NCBI GenBank assembly: GCA_965243025.1
Contig: CBDETY010000003.1
Coordinates: 3,424,001-3,488,000 of the forward strand
Length of the DNA stretch: 64,000 bases
Source of the DNA: Candidatus Latescibacterota bacterium
GTDB taxonomy: Bacteria; Latescibacterota; UBA2968; UBA8231
Reading direction: 5' to 3'
Position numbers and translations under genes: made by a program. Below the pieces are notes generated by a model. The model was given only the letters and a program-made list of their open reading frames with translations, was not told the DNA's origin and did not search any database. Below are positions 9,236-18,987 of the stretch, one piece after another (the stretch's first letter is position 1; every line of letters begins with the position of its first letter).

Positions 9236-10151
9236 CTTTGGATAGAAACTCGGATGGATACGCCTGATGGATAGAAACTCGGATGGATACGCCTGAGCTC
9301 CCTGAGCTTCTTGCTGATGTCCTGGGAGCTCTGGAGTTCCTTCCGCGACCCCTGCCAGACTTGTTGGATACCAGCGAACCGAACACGATGAGTTCCAGCA
9401 GCATTCGGAGTTGAAGACAGATTGACTCCACCCGGGTCCGAATCGTGATTCCGGGCATCTCAATCAACTGATTGATGGCCTCAACCCTGGTTTTCACTTC
9501 CTCCATCAGGTCGCAGTACTGGGCAATGTCGAGGCTTTCAGCCAGTTTCATCTCCCACCCGCAGTTGAGGCACGCGATCTTCCAACCCCATTCAGCGATG
9601 CTGCTCCCTTCAAGCTCCAGCGCGTCGTCTCCACACTCTGGACAGGTGGAGTGCTCCCGCCCGTCTACTCCCTTGATCGGGCCATCCGGATGGAGGTCCG
9701 GGCTCATCATGGTATTGCCGAACTCGGGTATCTCCCCGCATTGTGGGCAAGGCTCGGACCGACGGATGCCATGCATCATGAACTCGAAGGCCGCTTCCTG
9801 GTGACCGTTCGGGCATTCTCCGGAAGGCGCACCCGAGGGCTCATCATCCACGTCCTCGACGAACAGACCCACGGCCTCACCGCAGGTCCCCAGTCCCAAA
9901 CACCTTTCGACATTCTCAATGCTCTCGCGAGTAAGGCGGAATGACCGGCTCGAAGGGTCTTCTGCCTCATACCCACCCTCTAGCCCTATGACCTCACCCA
10001 CTTTGGGTCTATCAGTGCCGCGGTTGGCTATCGACCAGCAGACCTGCCCATATAGGACAGCCTCACCTTCCCCCAAGAGTTTCTCCAGGGGCGGAGGCTG
10101 TGACGCCCTCTTTTGCCTGCGCTTCTTCTTATCCATGCCAATTCCTGACAT
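9236..10151 (-). pseudogene. Hypothetical Zn-ribbon protein, 3' frameshifted and truncated
   Basis: CPQC, CPEC, CLNC motifs; ESICLQLRMLLELI segment; continuation LRRIHPSFYP lies in another frame and is cut by the IS91-like end. Confidence 0.55.
9239..9296 (+). repeat. 29 bp tandem duplication
   Basis: TGGATAGAAACTCGGATGGATACGCCTGA x2 directly after the IS91-like end. Confidence 0.9.
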
Positions 10152-10234
10152 GCCGGGCCCATTACTCCCCGAGACTTCTCATACCCGACACGTTTGATAA
10201 TGTTGTAGTGCAACAATTATACTAGTTCGATACC

Positions 10235-10423
10235 ATGCTTGAGAACTACATCGACGTCATAGAAGCCTCCAAGATCCTGGACGTCCACCCCGAGACGGTG
10301 AAGCGCCTGATACGAGAGGGCAAGCTCACCGCCACCAAGTTCGGGGAACAAGTGGATCATGGAACGGGACCGGCTCCAGGTGTTCGCCAACACCTACGAC
10401 GGGAGACGTGGGAGAACGAGTGA
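10235..10423 (+). CDS. Excisionase-like HTH (HTH_17/MerR-type) protein, ends at IS3 boundary
   Basis: EASKILDVHPETVKRLIREGKL.A.KFG; stop codon supplied by the IS3 terminus. Confidence 0.7.
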   Translation: MLENYIDVIEASKILDVHPETVKRLIREGKLTATKFGEQVDHGTGPAPGVRQHLRRETWENE

Positions 10424-10425
10424 GG

Positions 10426-11310
10426 TTACCCCGATTTCACGGACAGTTTTCCGTTTGGATTTATACCCCTTGATAAATGATACCTCTCGTAGTTGATGGG
10501 AGATCGTTGTCCCAGGGCCGAGTGCCGCCGATGGGGGTTGTACCAGCCTTCCAGGTATTCGAAAACCGTACGCTGGGCTTGCGACTGGGTAGCAAACCGA
10601 TGACGATCCAGCAGCTCCCTTTCCAAGGTGGCGAAAAAGCTTTCGCACAGAGCATTGTCGAAGCAGTCACCGACCGATCCCATCGACGGACGTACCCCGG
10701 CCTGGCGACAGCGCTTCCCGAAGGCCAGGGCCGTATACTGACTGCCGTGGTCGGAGTGGTGAATCACTTTCTTGGGACGGCGCCGGTGCAGGGCCATGTC
10801 AAGGGCGTCCAGCACCAACTGCGTACGCATATGGTTCGCCATGGCCCAGCCCACCACTCGGCGGCTCCAGGCGTCCATGACCACGCTCAGATACAAAAAC
10901 CCCGACCTCGTGGGAATGTAGGTGAGATCGGCAACCCACAGGCGATTCGGGCCGGAGACCGAAAACACCCGCTTGACCAGGTCGGAGGCGACCCGGCCCT
11001 GCCGGCCGCGACGGGTGGTGGAGAGGCGGCGGCGGGCGCATACCCCGCGCACCCCGAGCTCAAGCATCAATCGGGCGATGCGCTTGCGACCGATGGCTTG
11101 GCCCTCCTCGGCCAGTTCGGCCCGGATCCTCGGCGCTCCATAAGTGCCCCGGGAGTGTTGGTGGATCTGCTCGACACGTGCCTTGAGCACGGCATCGGCC
11201 CGGGCGCGACCCGAAGGCGGGCGTTTCAACCAGGCGTAGTAGCCGCTGGGGGAGACCTTCAGCACGCGGCACATCGTCAGCACCGGAAAGTCGGCCTGGT
11301 GCGCTCTCAT
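10426..11310 (-). CDS. IS3 transposase OrfB (rve integrase core)
   Basis: TYGAPRI, WVADLTY, HHSDHGSQY, DNALCESFF. Confidence 0.95.
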   Translation of the reverse strand: MRAHQADFPVLTMCRVLKVSPSGYYAWLKRPPSGRARADAVLKARVEQIHQHSRGTYGAPRIRAELAEEGQAIGRKRIARLMLELGVRGVCARRRLSTTRRGRQGRVASDLVKRVFSVSGPNRLWVADLTYIPTRSGFLYLSVVMDAWSRRVVGWAMANHMRTQLVLDALDMALHRRRPKKVIHHSDHGSQYTALAFGKRCRQAGVRPSMGSVGDCFDNALCESFFATLERELLDRHRFATQSQAQRTVFEYLEGWYNPHRRHSALGQRSPINYERYHLSRGINPNGKLSVKSG

Positions 11311-11621
11311 GAACTCGTAGACGGGCCGGACTCCGAGTCGGCCTCGCGAGCGAACCAGGCCGTGGCTTTTGCCAGGATCTCCCGTTCGATACGCAGTTGC
11401 TTGTTCTCACGGCGAAGGCGCCGCAATTCCTCCTGCTCCGGACGGGAGGGGCCGTCGCGGCGCACCCCCTCATCGCGTTCGGCCTGGATCACCCAGTTGC
11501 GGATCGTCTGCCCGGACGGCTCGAATTCCTTGGCCAGCGACTCCGGACTACGACCCGCCCGTACCAGTTCCACCATCTGTTGCCGGAATTCGGGCGGATA
11601 AGGGGAATGGGATTTCGGCAT
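11307..11621 (-). CDS. IS3 transposase OrfA (HTH)
   Basis: YPPEFRQQMVEL, ELRRLRREN..L..EREIL; ATGA overlap with OrfB. Confidence 0.95.
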   Translation of the reverse strand: MPKSHSPYPPEFRQQMVELVRAGRSPESLAKEFEPSGQTIRNWVIQAERDEGVRRDGPSRPEQEELRRLRRENKQLRIEREILAKATAWFAREADSESGPSTSS

Positions 11622-11683
11622 GGTTGGACACCCTCCTTTCTTTCAAGAAATGAAGTGTCCACGAAATCGGGTCAACTCCAGAG

Positions 11684-12499
11684 AGCCTCGGATGTCCCTA
11701 CTGTCGCGCGGAAGGAGACCCGAGCAGCTTCTTCACCCAGGACCAGTTGGACTACGCAGTCTCTGTTGCCGCCAGGGACATCGTAGGGCCGATGATGCAG
11801 GGGTTCAAGAGAGACATCGAGCGCATGAACCGCCGCCAATCAGGGGGTCTGATTCAGCTGAAGTTCTCGGTGGACTACAAGCCCGCTTCGATACATCGGT
11901 ACGTGGAACGGCAGCTTGAAACCGAGGTCACCTGCGACAGCTGCTCCCTGGAATTCTCGGTGTACGGCGTCTTCGCATCGTGCCCATGCTGCGGTCAGCT
12001 GAACGCACTGAAGGTCGTGCTCAGCTCGCTTGAGACAGCAAAGAAGAAGCTGGCGCTATCGGAGGACCCTTCTCTCGATGAGGAGCTCAGGCAGGACTTC
12101 GTGAAGGACGCGCTTACCGGAAGCGTCTCTGCCTTCGACGCCTTCGGCAAAGCCCTGGCGAGCAATCATGCGACCCTGTTTCCCGCTAGCAGGCGAAACC
12201 TCTTCCAGGACATCGAGGCCCTGAGCGCCCACCTGCAAACCCTGGGCGGACCCACTCTTGAGGCGACCACAGGAGTTTCAGCGTGGGAAGACATCAAGTG
12301 GTTCTTCCAGGCGAGGCACATCTACGTTCACAACGCCGGCGTCGTCGATGATCGATTCATCGCCAGACAGCCGGCTCTGGCCCACATGAAGGGCAGGGTC
12401 CTGCCGCTGGACCCGGAGATGCTTGCCCAAAACATCGATGTGCTCGGTGGCGTCTGCCGCGGGCTGGACGACAGGTTCAACGCTGAGGGGCGGCGATAG
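11684..12499 (+). pseudogene. Zn-ribbon plus HEPN-motif protein, 5' part cut off by IS3
   Basis: In-frame CPYC upstream of the ORF-track start, CDSC/CPCC, C-terminal RHIYVH (R-x4-H) then NAG. Confidence 0.6.
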
Positions 12500-12575
12500 T
12501 GAGACGCGACAGTGCTGAGTAGCCCGTGTTCCTGAGTCCAACGCGAAAAGGACCGCAATGATTCCCACGCCTCCC

Positions 12576-12865
12576 AGGGTGGAACATCCTTTTGGCGTCA
12601 TCAAGCACCTGTGGGGGTATAGCAAAGTGCGCTATCGTGGTTTGGCGAAGAATGCGGCTCAGGTCTTTACCTTGTTTGCCTTGGCCAATTTTTACTTGGC
12701 GCGTAGAGAATGGGCTGCTCCGTAGGGATCCGTCCGTGTCGATGTGGAATCGGGACAAAAAAGGGTCGAAATGAAATGAAAAATGGAAGTGCATTTTCCG
12801 GTTGTAGGTACCAAAACTGACCGAATCTAAAATTTCATCGATAATCGCACTTGATCAGAGGTTCC
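12576..12865 (+). mobile_element. IS5-family 3' remnant
   Basis: RVEHPFGVIKHLWGYSKVRYRGLAKN..LFALAN, then a terminal ...TTGATCAGAGGTTCC. Confidence 0.8.
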
Positions 12866-12876
12866 TTGGGTGGGAG

Positions 12877-13800
12877 TTACTCGGACAAGCTGGCCTTGAT
12901 GCGGCCCCAAGTCTTTGCTCTCCGAGCTGTATCATCCATGCCCCGGGTTCGGTCCACCAAAACCCCATCTAGAAAAAAGTCTGCGTCCACAACAACGGTT
13001 TCAAGGGATCCAGCTGGGAAAAAGTACGTCCAGTTACTGAAATCCCCCTCTGGAGAGTCCCAATCTACCTCCGTGATCTCGAAATACAGGCCGATCACTT
13101 TACCTTCATTCCAAGAGGAAATATCACTCTCTTCGGCGCTGTTCCAGACAAAGCGGTCGAAAGGGGTCACGTACAGCTCAGTAACGGTACCCACCGGGTT
13201 GCCCTCGTAAACGGCACCGCCGGCATCGGCGTAAGGCGGGCTCACGAAATAGTGCCGGGTTGCCCCCCATGCAAGCATCCGGATAGGAGCGGCGCCGAAT
13301 ACTTCGGCCTGGGCCATATATTCCTGGGCGCCCTCGAACCAGGTACGAGGCCTGTCTTCAAAAGGCACACTGTAATCTATGAACATCCCTCCGCTGTGAT
13401 CGCCATCTATTGCTACATTCAAACTGCCGTCCCATGAGAAGTTTCCTTCGAATCCCCAGCCTTCAAAGGATGGATCGAAGTGGTTCACATACTCGTCGTC
13501 CAACCGTTCCATGGCAATGTACAGCTTGGTTGGTTGGGGCAACCAACCAAACCACAGGCGAAAGTCCACATCAGCGGGATTGTAGATGCCGCCTCCGGTG
13601 GTAACGAAATCCAAAGCCGTTGCCGACGGCGGTATTCCGGCGTCGAGCCAGTCCTCGATGGACCCGTCCGTGACGTCGATCGGGACCTGATCGGGAATTC
13701 GGTACACTGGAAAGACACGGTCCCCTACATGGGGCGAAGCCGGGACGATCATTCCGGGGACAATTGCCGTGAGCAATGCGGTCAAAGCAAGATGTCGCAT
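12877..13800 (-). CDS. Secreted protein with C-terminal TWGRIKA motif (paralog 1; CBM9/DOMON-like fold suspected)
   Basis: Signal peptide; HVGDRVFP, DGSIEDW, DFRLW..W, IDGDHSGG, ELYVTPFD, TWGRIKASL. Confidence 0.75.
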   Translation of the reverse strand: MRHLALTALLTAIVPGMIVPASPHVGDRVFPVYRIPDQVPIDVTDGSIEDWLDAGIPPSATALDFVTTGGGIYNPADVDFRLWFGWLPQPTKLYIAMERLDDEYVNHFDPSFEGWGFEGNFSWDGSLNVAIDGDHSGGMFIDYSVPFEDRPRTWFEGAQEYMAQAEVFGAAPIRMLAWGATRHYFVSPPYADAGGAVYEGNPVGTVTELYVTPFDRFVWNSAEESDISSWNEGKVIGLYFEITEVDWDSPEGDFSNWTYFFPAGSLETVVVDADFFLDGVLVDRTRGMDDTARRAKTWGRIKASLSE

Positions 13801-14067
13801 TTTTGTCCTTTTCCGTGAGAAAAGGGATAAGTATCGACCATATCCTCATAAACAGGAGAATACGGTCGATACCTGGTTAAAGGGGCAATTCCGCCTTCGG
13901 GAAGTTTTCCAGTTCCCTCAGTAGCAAACGCAAACACTTGAAGGAGCGCACTTACCGCGGCAGACCCCTCCGGAACCATCCTTGCACCACTTCATACAGT
14001 TCACAGAAGGGGCGGGACACGTTGGGCCGGGTCCAGGGCACGCCGCCACTTGAGGCGGGGACCCTAG

Positions 14068-15624
14068 CAGGCTGTTGAAAAAGTCCTATTTCCTAATAAA
14101 AACATAGCCTCAGACGATTGCCCGTCGTACCCGCCCTTTTCTAGATTTATGAAAGATCCAAGAAAAACGAGCCGATGCCCCAAGGAGGCCGGTGATGTCG
14201 ATGAGCAAACGTCGGAAAAGTCAGCAGCAGGAGATCTGGGTGCCGACCCATACCCTCCCCGAGACCCCGAGCCATCCGTTTTACACCCAACTCAACCGGC
14301 TGCTGGAAGAGCATGGGTTTGATTCCTTTGTAGAAGAGCAGTGCGCCCCGTATTACGCCCAGAGGTTGGGCCGTCCCAGTATTGCTCCCGGGGTGTATTT
14401 CCGCATGCTCATGATCGGCTATTTCGAAGGCCTGGGATCGGAGCGGGCCATTGCCTGGCGGGTCGCCGATTCGTTGGCTCTGCGTCGCTTTCTCGGCTAC
14501 GCCCTGACCGAGTCCACCCCGGATCATTCGAGCCTGTCGCGTATTCGTCAGCGCCTGCCCGAAGCGGTGCACGAAGCGGTCTTCGACTGGGTGCTGAAGG
14601 TGTTGTCCGACCGGGACCTGCTGCAGGGAAAGACGGTGGCGGTGGACGCCACCACGCTGGAGGCCAACGCGGCGATGCGCAGCATCGTGCGCCGGGATAC
14701 GGGCCAGGGCTACCGCGAGTATCTGGAAGGGTTGGCCCGGGCCGAAGGCATTCCGGAGCCGACCCGGCAGGAGGTGGCCCGGCTCGACCGCAAGCGGGCC
14801 AACAAGGCGTCCAACCGGGACTGGGCGCATCCCCATGATCGGGAGGCCCGCATAACCAGGATGAAAGACGGCCGCACGCATATGGCCCACAAGGCCGAAC
14901 ATACGGTCGATCTGGACACGCAGGCGCTGGTGGCCCTGCAGGTGTGCGGCGCCGATGAAGGGGATACCGCGTCGCTGCTGTGGAGTCTGGTGCAGGCGGA
15001 CCGCAGCCTGAAAGAGGTCGGTGTCGATGAGCAGATCAGGCTGAGCGAAGTGGTGGCGGACCGGGGGTATCACAGCAATGACACGATGAAGATGCTGAGG
15101 ACGGCGGAGATCCGCAGCTACGTGGCCGAACCGGATCGCGGTCGGCGCAACTGGAAGAAGGATGCGCCGGCCAAGACGGCGGTGTATGCGAATCGTCGGC
15201 GTATACGGGGAGACCGCGGCAAGAGGCTGCAGCGGCTTCGCGCCGAGCACGTGGAGCGCAGTTTCGCTCATACCTACGAAACGGGAGGCATGCGCCGCAC
15301 TCACCTGCGCGGCCACACCAACATCTACAAGCGTCTGTGTATTCATGGCGGCGCCTTCAATCTCGGGCTGGTGATGCGCAAGCTCACCGGAAAGGGAACG
15401 CCGAAAGGGTTGTATGGATTGGCATCGGTTTTCTCGACTTTTGCCGATCGCGCAAACGCTCTTTTGGGTCGAATTTTCGGTTATTTGCGATTGTTGAGCT
15501 GTCCTTTTCGGGACCATTTCTATAAATGGGAATGTTTAGCCTGATAACCGATTTTCTTGGGAAAGGAAATCATACATCCGCGACGTCCGGGGTTTCCGGA
15601 ATAACCCGGATTTTCAACGGCCTG
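14068..15624 (+). mobile_element. IS1182/IS5-like insertion sequence copy 2 (inverted relative to copy 1)
   Basis: Same 1557 bp length, same IRs, CTAG at 14064-14067 and 15625-15628. Confidence 0.9.
14192..15544 (+). CDS. DDE transposase, identical protein to 7248-8600
   Basis: Identical 450 aa translation. Confidence 0.9.
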   Translation: MMSMSKRRKSQQQEIWVPTHTLPETPSHPFYTQLNRLLEEHGFDSFVEEQCAPYYAQRLGRPSIAPGVYFRMLMIGYFEGLGSERAIAWRVADSLALRRFLGYALTESTPDHSSLSRIRQRLPEAVHEAVFDWVLKVLSDRDLLQGKTVAVDATTLEANAAMRSIVRRDTGQGYREYLEGLARAEGIPEPTRQEVARLDRKRANKASNRDWAHPHDREARITRMKDGRTHMAHKAEHTVDLDTQALVALQVCGADEGDTASLLWSLVQADRSLKEVGVDEQIRLSEVVADRGYHSNDTMKMLRTAEIRSYVAEPDRGRRNWKKDAPAKTAVYANRRRIRGDRGKRLQRLRAEHVERSFAHTYETGGMRRTHLRGHTNIYKRLCIHGGAFNLGLVMRKLTGKGTPKGLYGLASVFSTFADRANALLGRIFGYLRLLSCPFRDHFYKWECLA

Positions 15625-15816
15625 CTAGGACAACCATAGCGGCCACGAGCAGGCCCCCGGTCCAGGCGACCGGGAACCCCTGTTTCGGGCTGACTTCACC
15701 GGACTCGCTGCGGGCGAACTCAGCGATGAACCCCCTCTCAAGGGCGGAACCGGCGACTCCGATGAGGTCGCTTGCTAACCCGGCGATCGGGTTGAGAAGC
15801 TTCAACATGACATCCT

Positions 15817-16536
15817 CGTGCCGCTACGTGGCCCGCCCGGCCCTGGCGGGAGGGCGTCTGCGCATTGTCAATGCCGACCCTCTTTCCTTCGCGCTCAAAA
15901 CGCCGTGGTCGGATGGGACCAGCCATCTCCTGCTGTCTCCGATGGAACTGCTGGAGAAGCTGGCGGCTCTGGTTCCCCCGCCCCGGTTTCATCTCCTGCG
16001 CTACCACGGGGTCCTGGCGCCCCGGGCCCGGGACCGCGACCGCATCGTGCCGGCCAAGCCGGTTGCCCAGCCGTCGGCTGCGGACGGCGATCCGAGACCC
16101 CAGCCCGGCGGCCATCGCCTGGGGTGGGCGACCCTGCTGGGGCGGGTGTTTTCTGCCGACCTCAGCCAATGCGCGGCCTGTGGCGGTCGCCTGAGAATCA
16201 TCGCCGCCCTGACCGATCCGACCTCGATCCGGAGCTATCTGGAGGGGGTAGGGCTGCCGGCAATGCCCCCGCCGAAGGCCCCGCCTGAGCCGCGGTTCGA
16301 GTTCGCCGCCTGACCTGCCTTCTCGACCCGTCGCCGTCGCCGGACGTACGGCGGGGTGTGCCCTGAACGGTCCCTCAGGCCCCGGATGGATCCGGATACG
16401 GAACGACAGGCTACCAAACTGTACTGCGAGCTCGGTCGAAGGACTGGCAAACGATCCTAAGGGGAGTTGCCGGACCCTTGCGGTGCGCTCAGCGCCTTGA
16501 CCTCGAGTTCAAAAAGGTGCCTCATTTTACCTATAC
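15817..16536 (+). mobile_element. IS91-family (Y2 transposase) 3' fragment with terminal CCTATAC
   Basis: CRYVARPAL..RL, LKTPWSDGT, LEKLAALVPPPRFHLLRYHGVLAP, C..CGG.LRIIA; coding part ends at 16313. Confidence 0.85.
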
Positions 16537-16660
16537 TTTCAGGGAAGGGGGACCTGATCCGAAACGGGATTGGAGAAAAGTTTGGGTATATCAAAAAAGA
16601 GGGGAGATTCTCAGAGAGAAGGACATATCCATCCTTTTTTTCTGATTCTAAGTTGAAAAC

Positions 16661-17623
16661 TTAAAAGTAATTGAAAACAGAATTAAGGATTTGGGGTTTA
16701 AGCGAGGCCTTAATTCTGCCCCATGAGAGAGACTGTACGGAGCTTCCCGAAATTCCATCAGTGGGTACAAGCAGCCCATCACCGAAAAAATCTGGACCGA
16801 AGGGTTCTTCGGCAGGAAAGGAAAACCATGTATCAGTGTTTGAGTTCGGTGCAGTTGTCCCTGGGGAGTCGTCGTCTAGAATTCCTATTCTAAACCCTAT
16901 CAAATTACTGGGAGAAAGCAACGATTTTTTTGTTTCATCTTGGTTGGAAGGAATAAGTCGGTTAAATGGGGTAACATACATTTCCGTCACCCAAATTGTT
17001 GGATTCTCCCCCACTACGGATCCGGACCCGTCGGCATATGGAGGCTCCCCAAACCAACACAATCGTCTTCAAACGTCATGGTAGTCCAGCCAACCGAAAC
17101 GGGCGGCTCTTCCCGACTGCTATAGGGGTTTGCAGAAAAAAGCTGGTTTCCAACAAACAAGCTAGCAAGATCATCCTCATCTGGGCCGGGCGGTCCATAG
17201 ATCCCCCCGGAATGATCGGCATCTATCTCCAAATTTATTGCACCATCGAGGATAACCTCACCCTCGTCAGGCACGACGTGAACTTCATCAGCACCCTGAA
17301 CAGCGAGGTATACATGACTGGTTCGTCTGTGCCAAGCCAACCACAATCGAAAGTCAAAATCAGGAGGATCATATGCCTGCCCCAAAAAAATGGCAAAATC
17401 GAGCGCGGTTAAGGTAGGCTCTCCAACTACGTCCACCCAGTCTTCGATGGATCCATCATGGATATCAATCTTTTCGACCATTTCGTCAGTGAGTTCGATT
17501 ATGTACACAATGCGTGTGCCAATGTGCCCCCAAGATTTAGGTGCAGTTGCGAACATAAAGAAAAAAAACAATAAGCGGGATAACCATTAAGGAAATGCGT
17601 AAACAAGGGGGTTTTTGATTCAT
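16661..17623 (-). pseudogene. TWGRIKA-motif secreted protein paralog 2, two frameshifts
   Basis: SD AAGGAGG and ATG at 17623; frameshift in T8 tract (17561-17568); second shift near 17060; same motifs as paralog 1, ends SWGRIKASL; AT-rich. Confidence 0.75.
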
Positions 17624-17824
17624 TTTTTGCCTCCTTTTTTAGAATCCTCCTTCCACTAGCAGCTTCCTGCGCTGTAGGTGGTGCAACTGCCCCCACCACC
17701 GGACGGGTAGACACACCGCTTGGTAGATGCGTATGAGCAGGGTCCGAAGCCGCTGACGCATTAAGACGGCGCATAGGCTCGCACTCATGTATGTCGCTAT
17801 TTTGAAATTGAAGTTGAGGTCTAG

Positions 17825-18987
17825 GCTGTCCAGTTTCGGAATGGTGTTGACACATCAGACCTCCGTTGGCGGGGTTTTTTCATCGACTCCCCAGAAGAGA
17901 GTCGATGGAATGTGGCCGCGAGTTCGGTAGCCCTGATGAGGTCGCTCGTTGTTGTAGGAGTCAAGGAACCGCTGCAGGGACGCGTCCAGTTGCTGCGCGG
18001 TGGTGAAATACCTGCGGCGGAAGGGGACGCGCCAATGCTGGTGAAGGATCGTGCTCTGCAGGCGCTCGACGAAGCCGTTCGTCCAGGGGTGGTGCGGCTG
18101 GGTGCGCGTGTGTCTGATCCCGAGATCGTGACACGCCGCATCGAAACTGCCCTTGAATTCACGGCCTCGGTCCGTGAGGACCCGCTGGAGCGGCCATCCG
18201 GCGGCCTCGTAGAACGGCAGCAGGGAGTCGACGCGGAAGCGCACGGCATGGTCGCTGGTGCGGGCGGGGATGATACGGGCCACGGCATAGGAGACAGGCC
18301 GCATCGCCCACGGTGATCTGCCAGACCTTCCCGACGCCCTTGCGGCGGCCGATGTAGAAGGTGTCGAGACAGACGAGCTCTCCCGGCTCGCTGGCCTGCA
18401 CGTGTCGCCTTTGCCGACGAGCTCGCTGCCGCTGGGGCGAGTACGCTCGGTGAGAATTCCGCCGCGCTCGGCGCTGGGACGCTCGAGGAGAAGGAGCCGC
18501 TCATGCCGCGTACCCAGTCCGACGCGACGCAGAGCCCGGTAGATGGTGCTCGGAGACAGGGGACGCTGCTGCTGAGCCAACTGCAGGGCGTAGAACCCGG
18601 GCCCACACGTGGGATACGACAACGCCAGGGCAAGGATCGCTCGTTCGTCTTGGACCGACAGGCCGTGGGGACGACCTCTGCGCCCCGCGTAGCGCTTGGG
18701 ATGAAGCCCATCTCGACCGTACTCCATGTACCGATTTCGCCAGCGGTAAAACAGACAGCGGGAGATCCCCAATTCCCGGCAGGCTGCCGAGACATTGCCG
18801 AGCTCTTCGGCTCGTCGTAGCGCCAGGAGACGCGTTGCATGTACTTTGTCCTCGAGGGTCATCAGGCCACCTTTCCTGAGAGATGTTTCTTGGTCGGAAC
18901 ATTCTCAGAAAGGTACCCCTGGTGGCCTTCACTTGTTATAGGAACCCAATTCCCAAAAGTGTTAACACAATTACGACACAGTTCAGA
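17825..18987 (-). mobile_element. IS481-family element with frameshifted transposase (17855-18862)
   Basis: GNVSAACRELGISR..FYRW, VLTDRG.EF, PWTNGFVERLQ, YN.ERPH; imperfect ~29 bp IRs flanked by CTAG. Confidence 0.8.

Larger units (their letters stand above)
10421..11680 (-). mobile_element. IS3-family insertion sequence (complete)
   Basis: TG...CA ends, imperfect IRs TGAGGTTACCCCGATTTCACGGACA / TGGAGTTGACCCGATTTCGTGGACA, 3 bp target duplication GAG. Confidence 0.9.
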
